64,000 bases of DNA from Felis catus (taxonomy: Eukaryota): contig NC_058373.1 in NCBI RefSeq assembly GCF_018350175.1, positions 107,386,001 through 107,450,000 of the forward strand, in the 5' to 3' direction. Positions 37,294-50,463 of the stretch are shown piece after piece. The position numbers were made by a program, and so were the translations under genes. The notes under the pieces are model-generated. The model had not been told where the DNA came from and searched no databases. It saw only the letters and a program-made list of their open reading frames with translations. Numbering within the stretch: the stretch's first letter is position 1; each line of letters starts with the position of its first letter.

Positions 37294-38489
37294 TATACTT
37301 GTCTCTTAACATCCTAACGTGAGAAATAAAGATTTAGCTGTCTACAACTCCTTCCCTATCCAAATTTCAGTTCCCCTGTTGTGTCTCAAAACAGTTATAT
37401 CACCCTTTGTATATTGAATCAATATTCACTATTTCCATGGTGAATATGTAAATATTATTTTCAGCTGAGCCACGTATAATACAGTGATTTTGTTCTTTAG
37501 ATTTCTCATAATGATTGCCTTGCCCTTTTTTTTTTTTTTTTTTTTTTGGTCTTCAATTTTTTCTTTGGACTTAATCAGCATCTTGCTTACCTCATCAAAC
37601 CCTAAAATCACGTTAACTTTTCTGGGGCTAATGGGCATGAAAACAAAATAGAATATCACCATTTGTCAGCCTCTTGCCTGCCTCAGCAAGTCCTAAAACC
37701 AACTTAACCAGTCTGGGGCCAATAAATATGGAAGTAAAATAGAATAATCACTCTTCACTTTCTTTTCACCTCCTTACCCAGTGTCGATGGCACTTCAGTG
37801 CTGTTTTTGTTAATACCTTAGTCTTCCCTGCCCTTGTGCTTGCCTGTGTTACAGGCATGCAGCCTATCTGCTTTGCTGGTTTATGATGAGTAACATCTGG
37901 GCTTGTGGAATTGCTGCTTTCTAAATCTTTAAAAAAATACTCTGCCAAGGAGTGATGAGCTGTTTTTAGATTTAGAGAAAATTTGTTCAACCTTTAAGGC
38001 AAAAGCTTTGAGTTTTACCTCAAACTGAATTTAGAAAGAATTGAAAGTTAGGGAGCCAGAAGCAATAATATTTACTTCATTCTCCTATTTCCACCCCTCC
38101 TTCTAAGAGAAGACGATGAAGAAAGATTCAGTGGCCAGGACTTGCTAGTGAGAGACTGGAGTCTTCCCAGTTGTAAGATATATTTTTGGGCAGCTTTGGT
38201 CTCCCAGCAAATGAGTCAGTTAACAGAAAGGTATTTCTTGCACATCTATGGTAACTTTTCTATGAAGCTGCCATTTTTAGGAAGGCTTAGTTGTTATCTT
38301 TATCCTCTCATTTGGTTGAAATTAACACATATAATCTGATGGTGGCCCTACCATTTCCATCTGTTTCTGGAGTTTGCTAACTGGTCTTGGTGAATTTTAT
38401 TTATTTGTTGCAGAATAATTTTACCAGTACCATCTTAACTCTCAGCTTATACTTAATGTTTAAGAATGATATATTGAAGAGCTATATTA

Positions 38490-38702
38490 TTAGTGTTTTC
38501 AGATGGTCAATTATGTCCAGCATTTTACAAAAATGGAAGAAAATAGAAAATAAACTAGCCAAGGACATTGTACTTAGTAAATGTGAGTATTGTTTTGTGA
38601 TACTCTTGTTTCAGTTATATGTGTGTGTGTATGTACATTTGTAGTGGGTTTTCATGTAAAGTATATTTACTAATTATGGTAAGAAAAGTTTGAGAAACGC
38701 TG
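38490..38702. mobile_element. hAT-Charlie fossil (Charlie4z-like)
   Basis: ccagcattttacaaaaatgg...gagtattgttttgtgatactcttgtttcagttatat...aaaagtttgagaaacgctg. Confidence 0.6.
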
Positions 38703-39699
38703 TTTTAAGCTCAGAGCACACAGTAATAGAAGTGACTACTAAAATATTTATGAAGTCTAATACACATATCTTTAAGATCTAAGGGAAACTATCTATGGGC
38801 ATACATGAGTATAGCCTCTGATTTCTTCTATCATAATGCTTTATGGAGTTTCATCAGTTTCCAGCCCTCTTTTTTTTTTTTTTTTCAGCTCTCTTTTTAT
38901 CAGGAAAAATAGTCATCCCCAGTTATCATCTAGGTACAATGGACCCTTTTTATTAAATAATTTTAAGTTATTTTGTGAATAATTTGCAGATATAAGAATA
39001 AATGAATAGTGGAAAACAGCTTTATTAGAAAATTTAAAGAGATTAAAGCATAGCACAAATTTTAATTTCATATAGTCTTGGTTTAGAAGGTATATACACC
39101 CCAAATTGACATCATTCTTTGAGAGCAACTAACCACTGATCAGTGATCATGTATGAAAATGGAACATATCCTTCTTGTAAATATTGAATCCAGCTTATCA
39201 CTGCTGGTTCTGCTTGCATTTATATTGTCAAAATGCAAATACGTCAATAATAAGTTCAAGCCTATTATTCTTTCTTTCCCTTTGTTTCTTTCTCTCTTTG
39301 TCAAAATTAAATACTTATGAAAAAAATGCCTTGTAATTTGGCTCAAGAGAGGACCACCATCTCTTTTGCACTATAAAATTACAAAAGGTTCTCATTTTTA
39401 GATTTATAAATGGCAGCTAGAATGACCGATTAATTGTTCATTTCTATATCATAATTCTCCTTCCTTCTATATATTTGTATATGCACCAGCCTATTACATT
39501 TATACACTTAAAAACTGTAGCAAGTAAATTATTGTACATGAACATCAAAAATAAATGTTGACACACATTCTTTCAGAAAATGACAGATAAAGTTTTTCTC
39601 TCATGTTATTTATTGTGGAAAGAAATCCATCCTGTTTAATGACTGAATGAATGAGAATATAATATTTCCTTTTTGTCCTTAAAAATATACCCTTGGGTG

Positions 39700-39815
39700 A
39701 CCGCAGATGGGCATCAGGAATCCCTTTTGGGTTGATGAAAACGTTCAAAAATTGGATTGTGTTGTTGGTTTTACAAATCAATTTACTAAAAATGATTGAA
39801 TTGTTACAGTTAAGA
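39700..39815 (+). mobile_element. Old L1 3' end fragment
   Basis: ttttgggttgatgaaaacgttcaaaaattggattgtg...tttactaaaaatgattgaattg. Confidence 0.65.
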
Positions 39816-39865
39816 ACATACTGGTAATTCACTGATTTTTGAATTTGAGAAAATTCTTGGATTCT

Positions 39866-40083
39866 TTTATTAAAAAAATTTTTAAGTTTATTTTTGAGTG
39901 AGAGAGAGAGAGACAGAGCATGAGCAGAGGAGGGGCAGAGAGAGAGGGAGACACAGAATCCCAAGCAGGCTCCAGGCTCTGAGCTGTCAGTATAGTGCCC
40001 AACACGGGGCTCAAACCCACGAACTGTGAGATCATGATCTGAGCTAAGTCAGACACTTCACTGACTGACCACCCAGGTGCCCC
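39866..40083 (-). mobile_element. CanSINE
   Basis: Antisense head. Confidence 0.93.
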
Positions 40084-40136
40084 TCATCTCGGATATTCTC
40101 AAAATCCTCTTAAAAAGTGATGTAAAAAAAGATGGA

Positions 40137-40346
40137 GGGGCGCCTGGGTGGCTCAGTCGGTTGGGCATCTGACTTCGGCTCAGGTCATGATCTCACAGTC
40201 CATGAGTTCGAGCCCCACGTCAAGCTCTGGGCTGACAGCTCAGAGCCTGGAGCCTGCTTCGGATTCTGTGTCTCCCTTTCTCTCTACCCTTTGCCTACTC
40301 ATGCTCTCTCTCTGTCTCAAAAATAAATAAAAACATTAAAAAAAAA
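40137..40346 (+). mobile_element. CanSINE
   Basis: Sense head; TSD aaaaaaagatg. Confidence 0.94.
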
Positions 40347-40650
40347 GATGAAACAATTTGGACAATGTTTAATGAAAACTGAAGATTGATATGATAGTTG
40401 TGATTTATTTATTATTCTTCAGTTGATACCATCATTCTTTCATTCATTATTTTAGTTTTTTTTGTTTTTTTAGCATTGTAGGGAAAAATTGAGATAATTC
40501 CTAGAATGATAAAACAATAACATGTTTCTTTCTTTTTTTTTTTTACATGTTTCTATCTATAGTAAAAATAAGGTCAGTAAGATTCCATAATATTAATAGT
40601 GAACATACATGGTAATATCATTATGGCGATTTAGATTTAATTTTATTCTA

Positions 40651-40874
40651 TTTTTTTTTAATTTTTTTTTTAACGTTTATTTATTTTTGAGACAGAGAGA
40701 GACACAGCATGAATGGGGGAGGGTCAGAGAGAGAGGGAGACACAGAATCGGAACCAGGCTCCAGGCTCTGAGCCATCAGCCCAGAGCCCGATGTGGGGCT
40801 CGAACTCGCGGACCGTGAGATCGTGACCTGAGCTGAAGTCGGACGCTCAACCAACTGAGCCACTCAGGCGCTCC
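40651..40874 (-). mobile_element. CanSINE
   Basis: TSD ttttattctatttt. Confidence 0.94.
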
Positions 40875-40884
40875 TATTTTATTC

Positions 40885-41695
40885 TATTTTAAGCAGTTTT
40901 ACTGAGGTATAGTTGACATACAGTAAACAGCATATATTTAAAATACACAGTTTGCAAACTTCAGCATCTGTGTAAAATCAGTGTGTCATCCTCAAAAGAT
41001 TGCAGTTGTCACTTTGTAATTTCTCCTTCATACCTCTTAGCCAACCACCAAGAAAGTAGTCATATACTTTATTGAGCCATATGAGTTCTTTATATATTTT
41101 GGATGTTTACCCCTTATTAGATATGTGATTTACAAATATCTTCTTGTATTCAGTAGGTGGCCTTTTCATTTTGTTGATGATTTCCTTTGCCATGGAGATG
41201 CTATTGACTGATTGATTGGGCATGTGCATGTGCTGGGGTGGGGTGGGAGGAGCAGAGGGAGAAAGAATCTTAAGCAGGTTCCAGGCCCAGTCCAAATCCC
41301 ATTGTGGGGCTCCATCTCACAACGGTGAGATCATGACCTAAGCCAAAATCAAGAGTCAGACACTTAACTGACTGAGGCACCAGGCACCCTTGGAGAAGCT
41401 TTTTAGTTTGACATAGTCCCATTTGTTATTACTGCTTTTGTTGCTGTTACTTCAGGAGTCAGATCCACAAAGATACTGCTAAGACTGGTATCAGGGAGCT
41501 TACCGCCTATGTTTTCTTCTAGGAGTTTTATGGTTTCTGGTCTTACATTCAAGTCTTTAATTCATTTTGAGTTAATTTTAGTTATAAATTAGTGGTTCAG
41601 TTTCATTCTTTTGAATTTGGCTGTCAATTTTGCCCATTTCTTTATTGGATTTTTTTTCCTTCTTTAAAAAAAATTTTTTTTAATGTTTATTTATT

Positions 41696-41740
<45 letters not shown>

Positions 41741-44660
41741 ATGAGTGGGGGAGGGACAGAGAGAGAGGGAGACATAGAATCCGAAGAATGCTTCAGGCTC
41801 CAGGCTGTCAGCACAGAGCCCAATGTGGGGCTCGAACCCACAAATTGTGAGATCATGACCTGAGCCGAAGTCAGACATTCAACCAGCTGAGCCACCCACG
41901 TGCCCCTGGATTTGTTTTCTTACTGAGTTTTGAGAGCTTTGTATAAATGCTGTATTCAAATGTTTCTATATTCTGTTTATCAGATGTATAGTTTGCAAAT
42001 TTATTCTCCTAGTCTGTAGCTTATTCTTTTTAATCTCTTAAGTGTTTTTAAAACAAAAATTTTAGTTTTGATGAAGTCTAGTTCATTAATTTTTTTTCTT
42101 TTATGGATCATGCTTTTGGTGTTATATCTAAGAAATGTTTGCCTAATCCAAAGTCAAAATAATTTTCCTGCCTTTTCTTCTATAAGTTTTATATTTCTGT
42201 AGTTAACATCATTTAGCTATGATGTAGCTATAAAAGTTTAGCTATAAAAATTATCGTTAATTTTTATATATGGTAAGTATGATTTGAAGTGGGTTTTTTT
42301 TTTGCATTTGAGTACTGAATTATTTCCACACTATTTGTTGAATAGACTATTATTTTCTCCACTGAGTTTCCTTTTTACCTTTGTCAAAAATCATTTGCCC
42401 GTATCTGTGTAGATCTATTTCTCAGCTCCATTCTCTTCCAGTGGTTTGTTGATCCTGATACCAAAACTATATTGCCTTGATTGCTTTCTGAGAAATCTGC
42501 ACATCAGGACTTCAGTTTATTATTGTTTTTACAAAGTTGTTTTGATTGTTAGGTTCTTTGCATTTCTATGTAAATTTTAGGGTCGGTTTGTCCATTTCTA
42601 TAACAGAGACTGTTGGGATATTTTTTTTAAGTAAACTGTTATTTTAGGGTTGCCTGGGTGGCTCATTCGGTTAAGTGTCCAACTCTTGGTTTCAGCTCAG
42701 GTTCAGTTCATCTCATGGTTTGTGAGTTTGAGCCCCACATCGGACTCTCTGCTGACAATATGGAGCCTGCTTGGGATTTTCCCATTCCCTCCCTCTCTGC
42801 CCTTTCTGGGATCCCTCTCTCTCTCCAAATAAATAAATAAACTTAAAAAAATAAACTTTTATATTAGAACAGCTTTGGATTTACAGGAAAACTTCAAAGG
42901 TCATATAGACAATTTGTATATACCTCACATGATTTCTCCTAATAACACCTAACATTAGTATGATATAATTGCTGTAAATAGTGAAATAATATTGATGCAT
43001 TTTTATTAATGTCTATACTTCATTCTTAATTATTCTTCATTAGTTTTTATCTACTGTGTTTCTATGTTCCGGAATCTCATCTAGGGTACGACATTACATT
43101 TAGTAGTCATGTCTCCTTAGGGTCCTGTTAGCTGTGACAGTTTTCTCAGACTTTCCATGTTTCTGATGACCTTGATAGTTTTGAGTAGTGGTCAGGTATT
43201 TTGTCACATGTCCTTCTACTGTAATATGTTTAATGTTTTTCACATGATTAGACTAGGGTTATATGTTTTTTAAGGCAGAGATAAAATGCCATTTTCATTA
43301 CTTCATATCAAGGGTACATGCTATCAATATGTCTTATTACTGTTGGAGTTAACCATGATCATAAGGCTGAGGTAGTGTTTTCAGGTTTCTCTGTAAAATT
43401 ACTCTTATTCCCTCTTTCTCCATTTCTCTATTTGGAAGAAAGTCACTATGCACTGACCATACCTAAAGAGTGGGGACTTGTGCTTAACTTTCTGGAGAGT
43501 ATTGTATCTACATAAGTTATTTGGAATTCTTCTGCATGGGAGATTTAACTCTTCTTCCCCATCTATTTATTCAATCTTTTGTTTTTTCTATCACTAAGGA
43601 CTCATGAATGTTTGTTTACACTTTGGATTATAAGCCAGTGTTGGCCACTTGACGTGTCTTAGTTGGCTTTGGTGTCCATTAGCCATTCCCACATCATTGT
43701 GCTTTTTTTTTTTTTTTAAGTATTTATTTGCTTTCTGGCACTACAAGATGCCTCAGGCTCATCATGTATATTTTCTGATCCAGTTCTAGAATCAAACCTT
43801 TCTTTAAGAAGCCCCGGTTTCTTTTATTAGAGAGATGTATTAGAAACTAATATTTGTGCTGTAAGTATGCTTGTACTACTGGGGTATAATTGCTTCTAAG
43901 TTCTACCAGAAGTTTGGTCACGATTGTTTTAAATCAGTAGACCAATTTGGAGTGAATTGGCTCTATTTTAATAATAGAATCTTCTGATTCAGGCACAAGG
44001 CATATTTTCCCATTTATTTAGGTCGTCTTTAATTTTCTCTCACCAGTTTCAGTGTACATGCCTTGCTTGTATCAGATTGTATCTATTTTATAGATTTGTA
44101 TCTATTTTATATATATTTTAAAAGTTTTTGTGTAAATTCCAGTTAGTTAGCATACAGTGTAAGACTAGTTTCACGTGCACAATGTAGTGATTCAACACTT
44201 CCCTATAGTACCTGGTGCTCCTTACAAGTGTACTCGTTAATCCCCATCACCTATTTAACCCATCCATCAACTGATGAATGGATAAAAAAGGTGTGGTATA
44301 TATATTTTAATGTTATTATAAATGGTATTTAAAAGTTTTTTTTCAATTTATAATTGCTTTCTTCTGGAATGAAGAGATATAATTAAATTTTATATGTTGA
44401 TCTAATAGCTTGCAACCTTACATTTAGTGATAATAGTTTTTTATGGAGTCCATTGGATTTTTTTGTGTGTAAACAATCATGTCATCTTCAAAGTCTCATA
44501 TTAGGAACATAAAAATTTAGAATTGTCATAGACTTTTCATTTATTGGCCTCTTTATCATTATGAAATGATTCTCTTTATTTCTGGTAATATTCTTTGCTA
44601 TGAAATCTAGTTTGATATTAAAATAGCCATTCCAGCTTCCTTTTGACTAGTGTTAACATG
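40885..44660 (-). mobile_element. Mosaic of old L1 fragments, including an L1MC1-like 3' end (about 42630-43900) and CanSINEs at 41205-41389 (-), 41655-41906 (-), 42646-42855 (+)
   Basis: Antisense ORF2 motifs (ttttgatgaagtctagttcatt, tttgtcaaaaatcatttgcc) and L1MC 3'UTR attacatttagtagtcatgtctccttagg. Confidence 0.85.
44118..44300 (-). mobile_element. Tiny carnivore L1 insertion with 5' inversion
   Basis: Antisense 3' end to about 44262, then a sense L1 piece ccatcaactgatgaatggataaaaaaggtgtgg; flanked by tatatatatttt. Confidence 0.75.
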
Positions 44661-44689
44661 GTATGTTATTTATATTAACATGTAATGGG

Positions 44690-44858
44690 TTTTAATTGTT
44701 ATTTAAAATGAATCAATAAATATTTTCTAATTTTTTAGTTTTAATTTTTAATGTAGAAAATATAGATACATATAAGCTAAACAAAAGCTCTTTAGGAGTC
44801 TTAAGTAATTTTTAAGAGTGTAAGGAGGTCCTAAGATGAAAAAGTTTGAGAATTGCTG
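44690..44858. mobile_element. Charlie1-like hAT terminal fragment
   Basis: aaacaaaagctctttaggagtc...taatttttaagagtgtaaggaggtcctaagatgaaaaagtttgagaattgctg. Confidence 0.72.
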
Positions 44859-45089
44859 ATCTGTTTTCTACATATATTTTTCATTAGATATGTAGCTTTT
44901 ATAGTAATCTTTTATTTGCTCATTCATTTATTCATCAGATGTTCATTAAGCCCAATTTATTTTTAGGAAATAAAAGTATATAAGACCGGTTTTGGTCAGC
45001 AAAGAACTCGATATAGAATTGAGGGATATAATGGTATATAAATAAGTAGGACACAATATATTATATGAGATATATGCTCCCATAGTGTC

Positions 45090-45330
45090 ACAGTGGCTGG
45101 CACAAGGTTAAGTAGCATAGATTTAGTGTGAAATATACCTGGCTTCAAATCCAAGCTTTGTACCTTAGTCATGAGAACTTAACCTCACTGAACCTTACTT
45201 TTCTTAATTGTAAAATGGAGTTGATAATAGAAGCTATCTCTCAGGATTGATTATGTAGCTTAATTTATAGTACTTAAGACATAGTACTTTTAGTACTTAG
45301 AAAACATTCAATAAATGTTAACTGTTATTT
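45090..45330 (+). mobile_element. MIR
   Basis: cctggcttcaaatccaagctttg...ttgtaaaatggagttgataatag...ttcaataaatgttaact. Confidence 0.75.
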
Positions 45331-45644
45331 TTTAATAGGAATGGTTTTATGGAGCAAGGGAGAGGTAGAGGTTTCATCTGGCTTTAGAGAGAAGGGAAGG
45401 TTCATGGAGGTGGACTCTTGTTGAACTGAGTCTAATTTTGATTGGCCAAGATTGTGGGCTAGTTAACATAAACAAAAGGAATGCCCTGCACTAGCTGGGA
45501 TTACATACTGTCTCCATTTGATGAAAATCATTGTGATTAATGAATATCACCAAGATGATGAATTACTGTTCACAGGAATAATGTCATCTGTTCCTCTGTT
45601 AATTTATTAAACATAGATGTAGTAATACCAAACTATTTTTATTT

Positions 45645-46131
45645 TTTAATTATTATTATTATTATTATTTTAAATGTTTATTTTTGAGAGAGAGAGAGAG
45701 AGAGAAAGAGAAAGCATGTGTGAGCAGGGGAGGGGCAGAGAGAGGAAGACACAGAATCCCAAGCAGGTTCCAGGCTTCAAGCTGTCAGAACAGAGCCCAA
45801 CGCAGGGCTCAAACTCACGGACGGTGAGATCACGAGCTGAGCTGAAGTCAGAGGCCCAACCGCCTGAGCCACCAGGTGCCCCTAATTTTTATTATTTTTT
45901 TAATTTTAGAGAAAGTGCAAGTGAGGGAGAGGGGCAGAGTATGTGTGTGTGTGTGGGGGGGGGGAGTTGGGAGGGAGGGAGGGAGAGGGGCAGAGAGGGT
46001 GGTGGGAGAGAAGCTTAAGCAGGCTCCATGCTCAGTGTGGAGCCTGACATCCGGCTTGATTCCACAACCCTAGGATTATGACCTGAGCTGAAGAGTTGGA
46101 TGCTCAACTGACTGAGCCACCCAGGCGCCCC
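45645..46131 (-). mobile_element. Two stacked CanSINEs (45645-45882, 45885-46131)
   Basis: Outer TSD aatacca(a/c)actattt. Confidence 0.92.
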
Positions 46132-46169
46132 AATACCACACTATTTAAGGTTTATTGTCACATAAATCT

Positions 46170-46412
46170 TTTAGTGTAGAGATTAAGAGAACATACTCTG
46201 GAGATACACTGCCTGGGTTTATTAAATACTGGGTTTTTCATTAATTAGTTCCCTGGGCAGTTTACCAGTCTCTCTGTGCTTTATCTCTTCATTTTCAAAA
46301 CGAGGATAATATTAGTGCTTATGTCATGGAATTGGGAAGATTAAATGAGTTAATAAGTGATAAATTCTTAGAATAATATTTGACACATGTAAGTACTATA
46401 TAAATGTTAGCT
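46170..46412 (+). mobile_element. MIR
   Basis: ctgcctgggttt...ctgggcagtttacc...gaagattaaatgagttaata...taaatgttagct. Confidence 0.8.
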
Positions 46413-46510
46413 ATTTGAGTGATAAATGCTACCATTGGAGTTAACATTCATTACTGGGAATATTGCTAATATGTAGCGAGCTCTATAAATACTGAACTTA
46501 AACTCATTTT

Positions 46511-46707
46511 TAAAAAATGGGTTTTTGAGAGAGAGAGAGTGCGCAAGTATGAATGGGGAAGGAGCAGAGAGAGGGTGGGACAGACGATTCAAAGTGGGCT
46601 CTGTGCTGACAGCCGTGAGTCCATTGTGGGGCTCTGACTTACAAACCATGAGATCCTCACCTGAGCTGAAATTGGACATTCAACTGAGGGAGCCACCCAG
46701 GCACTTC
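46511..46707 (-). mobile_element. CanSINE
   Basis: TSD cttaaactcatttt. Confidence 0.9.
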
Positions 46708-47009
46708 CTTAAACTCATTTTAAAAGTTTAAGTTCAGTTTAATTTGTTGATGGATTTGGTTTTTCCTTTCCCATTATGATTGTCAAGTTGCATTTTCAGG
46801 CCAAAGATACTTCGATTAAAAAAAAAAAAAAAACAACACAATGTCAAATTATGTAGCCTGGGTCATTTACTTGTTCTGCATGATCTGTATCAATTTAATT
46901 CTTTTTTAAAATTAAGTTTTATTTTTAATCTAAATACTGTTTCATTTCTACAGTCTCTATTGTTTATTAAGTGTAATGATTTTCAAAGACCTATTAAGGA
47001 TAATCATAC

Positions 47010-47261
47010 CTTTTTTTTTAAATTTTTTTTTTTTAACATTTATTTATTTTTGAGACAGAGAGAGAGAGAGAGAGAGAGCGCGAGAGCGCGCGAGCATGAA
47101 TGGGGGAGGGGCAGAGAGAGAGGGAGACACAGAACTGGAAGCAGGCTCCAGGCTCTGAGCCATCAGCCCAGAGCCCGACGCGAGGCTCGAACTCACGGAC
47201 TGTTAGATCGTGACCTGAGCTGAAGTTGGACGCTTAACCGACTGAGCCACCCAGGCGCCCC
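47010..47261 (-). mobile_element. CanSINE (SINEC_Fc-like)
   Basis: TSD aatcatacc. Confidence 0.94.
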
Positions 47262-50084
47262 AATCATACCCTTTTTTAATCCAAGTTTGTAGACAAATAT
47301 TAATATATATAATTTACACACACCATACCAATGAGAATTATTTTCTAGTCAGTGTTGTATAACAGAAATAGTCATCAACGAATGCTTGTTAAAGACTTAA
47401 GCAGATAAGGAAGAAGTGAGGTGACTATGCTAGTAGATCTTTGTCATTTATTTTTTGCTTGTAGTTCTAAAAAAAAATTAATGAAAAATGTTAAGTGTTT
47501 TTAGAGGCAGCTTTGAGTTTTGTAAATAGTGATTTTAGTAATAAAATGTAGAGCAAAATTAATTATTTATATTCACATTGGGGATAATATGTCTGTGCTT
47601 ATATGAAATGAGGTTCTTTGAAATCATCAGCAAGAAGAGTCTCTCTTTTAATTATATGTTGGCTAGCCTGTTAATTGAAGGTACTGTGAAATGTGCAATC
47701 ACTTACTAATTCTTCATTTTTTTGGTGGGGACTCAGGATAACAGGTTAGGATTCAGGTAATTATTTTGAGAGGTGTACCTTGGAAGATTCATATTCTCTT
47801 CAAAACCACTTTCAAATATAGATAACTTAATTTTCTTTAGATGGGTAGAATTGTGTTTCTGTAAAATAAAAGGAGAAATAATCTGGAGATTGAGTTGTTA
47901 GGAAATTATTAGACATGTGTAGCTTGGTGACTCTTTTAACCTTTCAAATGTAAAACATGTTGGTTCTTGTGCTAAAGAACCTTCTAATTTATAGTTAACA
48001 TATTCTATGATTGTAACCTAGGTCTGTTTTCTTTTTCTGTCTTTTTATTAACTAAGGTATAATTCATGCTTTTAATTTCCCTAAATCCTTCTGCTATGAA
48101 TTTTCTAACTAAATTAGTCATCAAGCGTAAAAAACATTAGATTTTATGTAAGCTTTAAAAATTGTCATTCATTCCTATTTTCAGAAAGAATAGAATTATA
48201 AAATTTAAATTTGAAAAAAAATACATATAATATATGAAAACAAATAAGCTTTTTGTTTTCTAAGAATCTCCTCCTATCATCTTGGAGTCACATGTAACTT
48301 TCTTAAGAGCTTCTATTAAAATAAATTGAAGTTCATGAAGTTATCCCCATTATAAAGGTAATGTATGTTCTTTATAGAAAAAACTTAACAAAAGTAAACA
48401 GAATTTTTTTTTTACCACTGTTTACCAATTTTCTATTATCGAGTTACTGTTTTTTTCATTATGCAAATAAGAATAGGTCATAAGAGGTCTCTATTTTTGG
48501 GAAATAATTACTCAAACCCTTTGTGCTTTTTTCTTAGCATTTTATCACCTAAATGTTGATTCTTTTCATCCCGATTTGGAAGAAGCCCATGTTACCACTC
48601 CTCAAACAAATATCCAACAAGTGAAAACCAGAGAGTTGGTTCTGCTGGTGTAGACTCAATATATTTAAGCTTTGCTTCTATTAATATTCAATTGTTCTAA
48701 CACAATAAGAATGACCAAAGTAGTCATTATTCTGATTTGAAGGTAATGTTGCCATGTTCTTTTTGTTTCTCTGTATAACTGGTTTTAAATCTAAAAGCAT
48801 AAATCCTAAAGAGTGGGAGTGGAAAAACAGGGATGGTTTTCATTTGCTACAATTTCCTGTGAGACGTGGCTCTAAACAAGGCCCATATTTACACAAGACA
48901 ATATAGTTTTACATACAGTGGTGTATTCAGCACATTTTGAAATTCCTTAACCAGTCACCTGTATTTAATACTTTCTTGGTAAATGTGTTTAATAATGCTA
49001 GGTGAAATTTGAAATAATTTTTAAATAAATTTACAGTAGAAACACCAGTTAAATCAACCTCTTGGTAGTAAATGTCGGAAAAAAATTAATTATTTTTGCT
49101 GCCACTGCAAAATCAATTGTGTAACTGTTCTTTTTAAACTGACTTTTACATTACTAAATTCTAAACACTACACTCCTGTAACTTGTCAGAAGCAGGTTTG
49201 GGTTAATAGATATTTTCAATGATGTAATGGGAACTTTTGGCAGTAAGTCAGAATATAATGGACTGTGATTAATGTTTTAATAAGTACTTTTCTATTGCTC
49301 ATGATGTAAAGGAGAAATAGTTTCCTGCTTGGATTGATAGGAGAATAGCAGGTGTGCATATAGTGTTTTTAAAAAAAGAGAATATTTTTCTTAGAATAGC
49401 ATTAGTGTTTTTTTATGGTTAAACTTCATTATCATAGGAGATGCATATGTTACCACAGAAACCTGCAATTGATTTAGAAAAATACAATTAGGAGATGATT
49501 ACCGATTGCCTAAATTAAATCTTTTAATTTGTAGCCTTTGTTTTCTTATGTAGCTATAACTTCAAGTCTGTGTAGTTTGATACTATTTCTTATTATAAGT
49601 TAAAGGAAATCAGGGATTTGCTTAAATCATAGGACATGTGAGTTCTATGCCTCTTTGTTTCTAAAACATTCAGATTGTTCAGAAATGAGAAAAGTTTTTT
49701 TTTTTTTTAAGTTTGAAAGTTTTTCTCTTAAGGCCAGGAAGTACAGATTGATAGTCAAATGGAATAGTGATCATGTGAGAATTCTCCATTGCAAAGGGCA
49801 TAAGTTCAGCCTATAAACTCAATGAAGTTCAGAAGTTTGGGAAGTTAAACCCAGGAGATTTTATGTCAGACTTGGAATCTGAGTAAGTGAAGACAAACCA
49901 GAAGAAATACTGGTGTGCCAGACTTGAGGGGTTGGCTTACAGTTTTTTGGTTCTTTTATTTTTCTCAGTTTAATTTTGGCAACTTATATGCAGTTAAGTA
50001 TGTGTTTTGTTATAGGTAGAGTCCTCAGGCTCAATAGATATGTTCCACTGGGAATAGTATTGTACCACTGCAGATACCCTCTGC

Positions 50085-50200
50085 CTTATGTTTGTCTTTG
50101 AAATACATGTAAAATTGCATATTCCAAATGTGTACTTTTCTGAGAGAAAGTTCCTAATTGTCATCATAGTCTCAAAGGGATCCTGATCCCAGTAAGGGAT
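50085..50200. mobile_element. MER103-like hAT fragment
   Basis: tgtgtacttttctgagagaaagttcct...tctcaaagggatcctgatccc. Confidence 0.5.
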
Positions 50201-50211
50201 CTTGAGTGGTG

Positions 50212-50384
50212 GGTGGTTCTCAAACTTTGGCATACATCAGAATCACTTGAAGGGTTTACTGAAACACAGATTGCTGGGTTCTACCTCCAGGGTTTCTGAT
50301 TCAGTAGGACTGGAGTGGGGCCCAGAATTTTCATATCTAACAAGTTTCCAACTGATGCTGATGCTGTTGATTGGAGAACCACTG
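50212..50384. mobile_element. MER5A hAT-Charlie MITE
   Basis: gtggttctcaaactttgg...catcagaatcacttgaaggg...tttctgattcagtagg...gagaaccactg, with inverted ends. Confidence 0.88.
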
Positions 50385-50463
50385 GTTTAACTTTGGTAAA
50401 TAGCTTTCTAGGCCCTTTCCTATATTCATGTATAGTGTATATTTTACAAAAACACATATGCTA

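Noticed and set aside
37400..37760. Possible CR1/L3 relic (also near 5560-5720)
   Set aside because: Only short resemblance by eye; needs a Dfam search.
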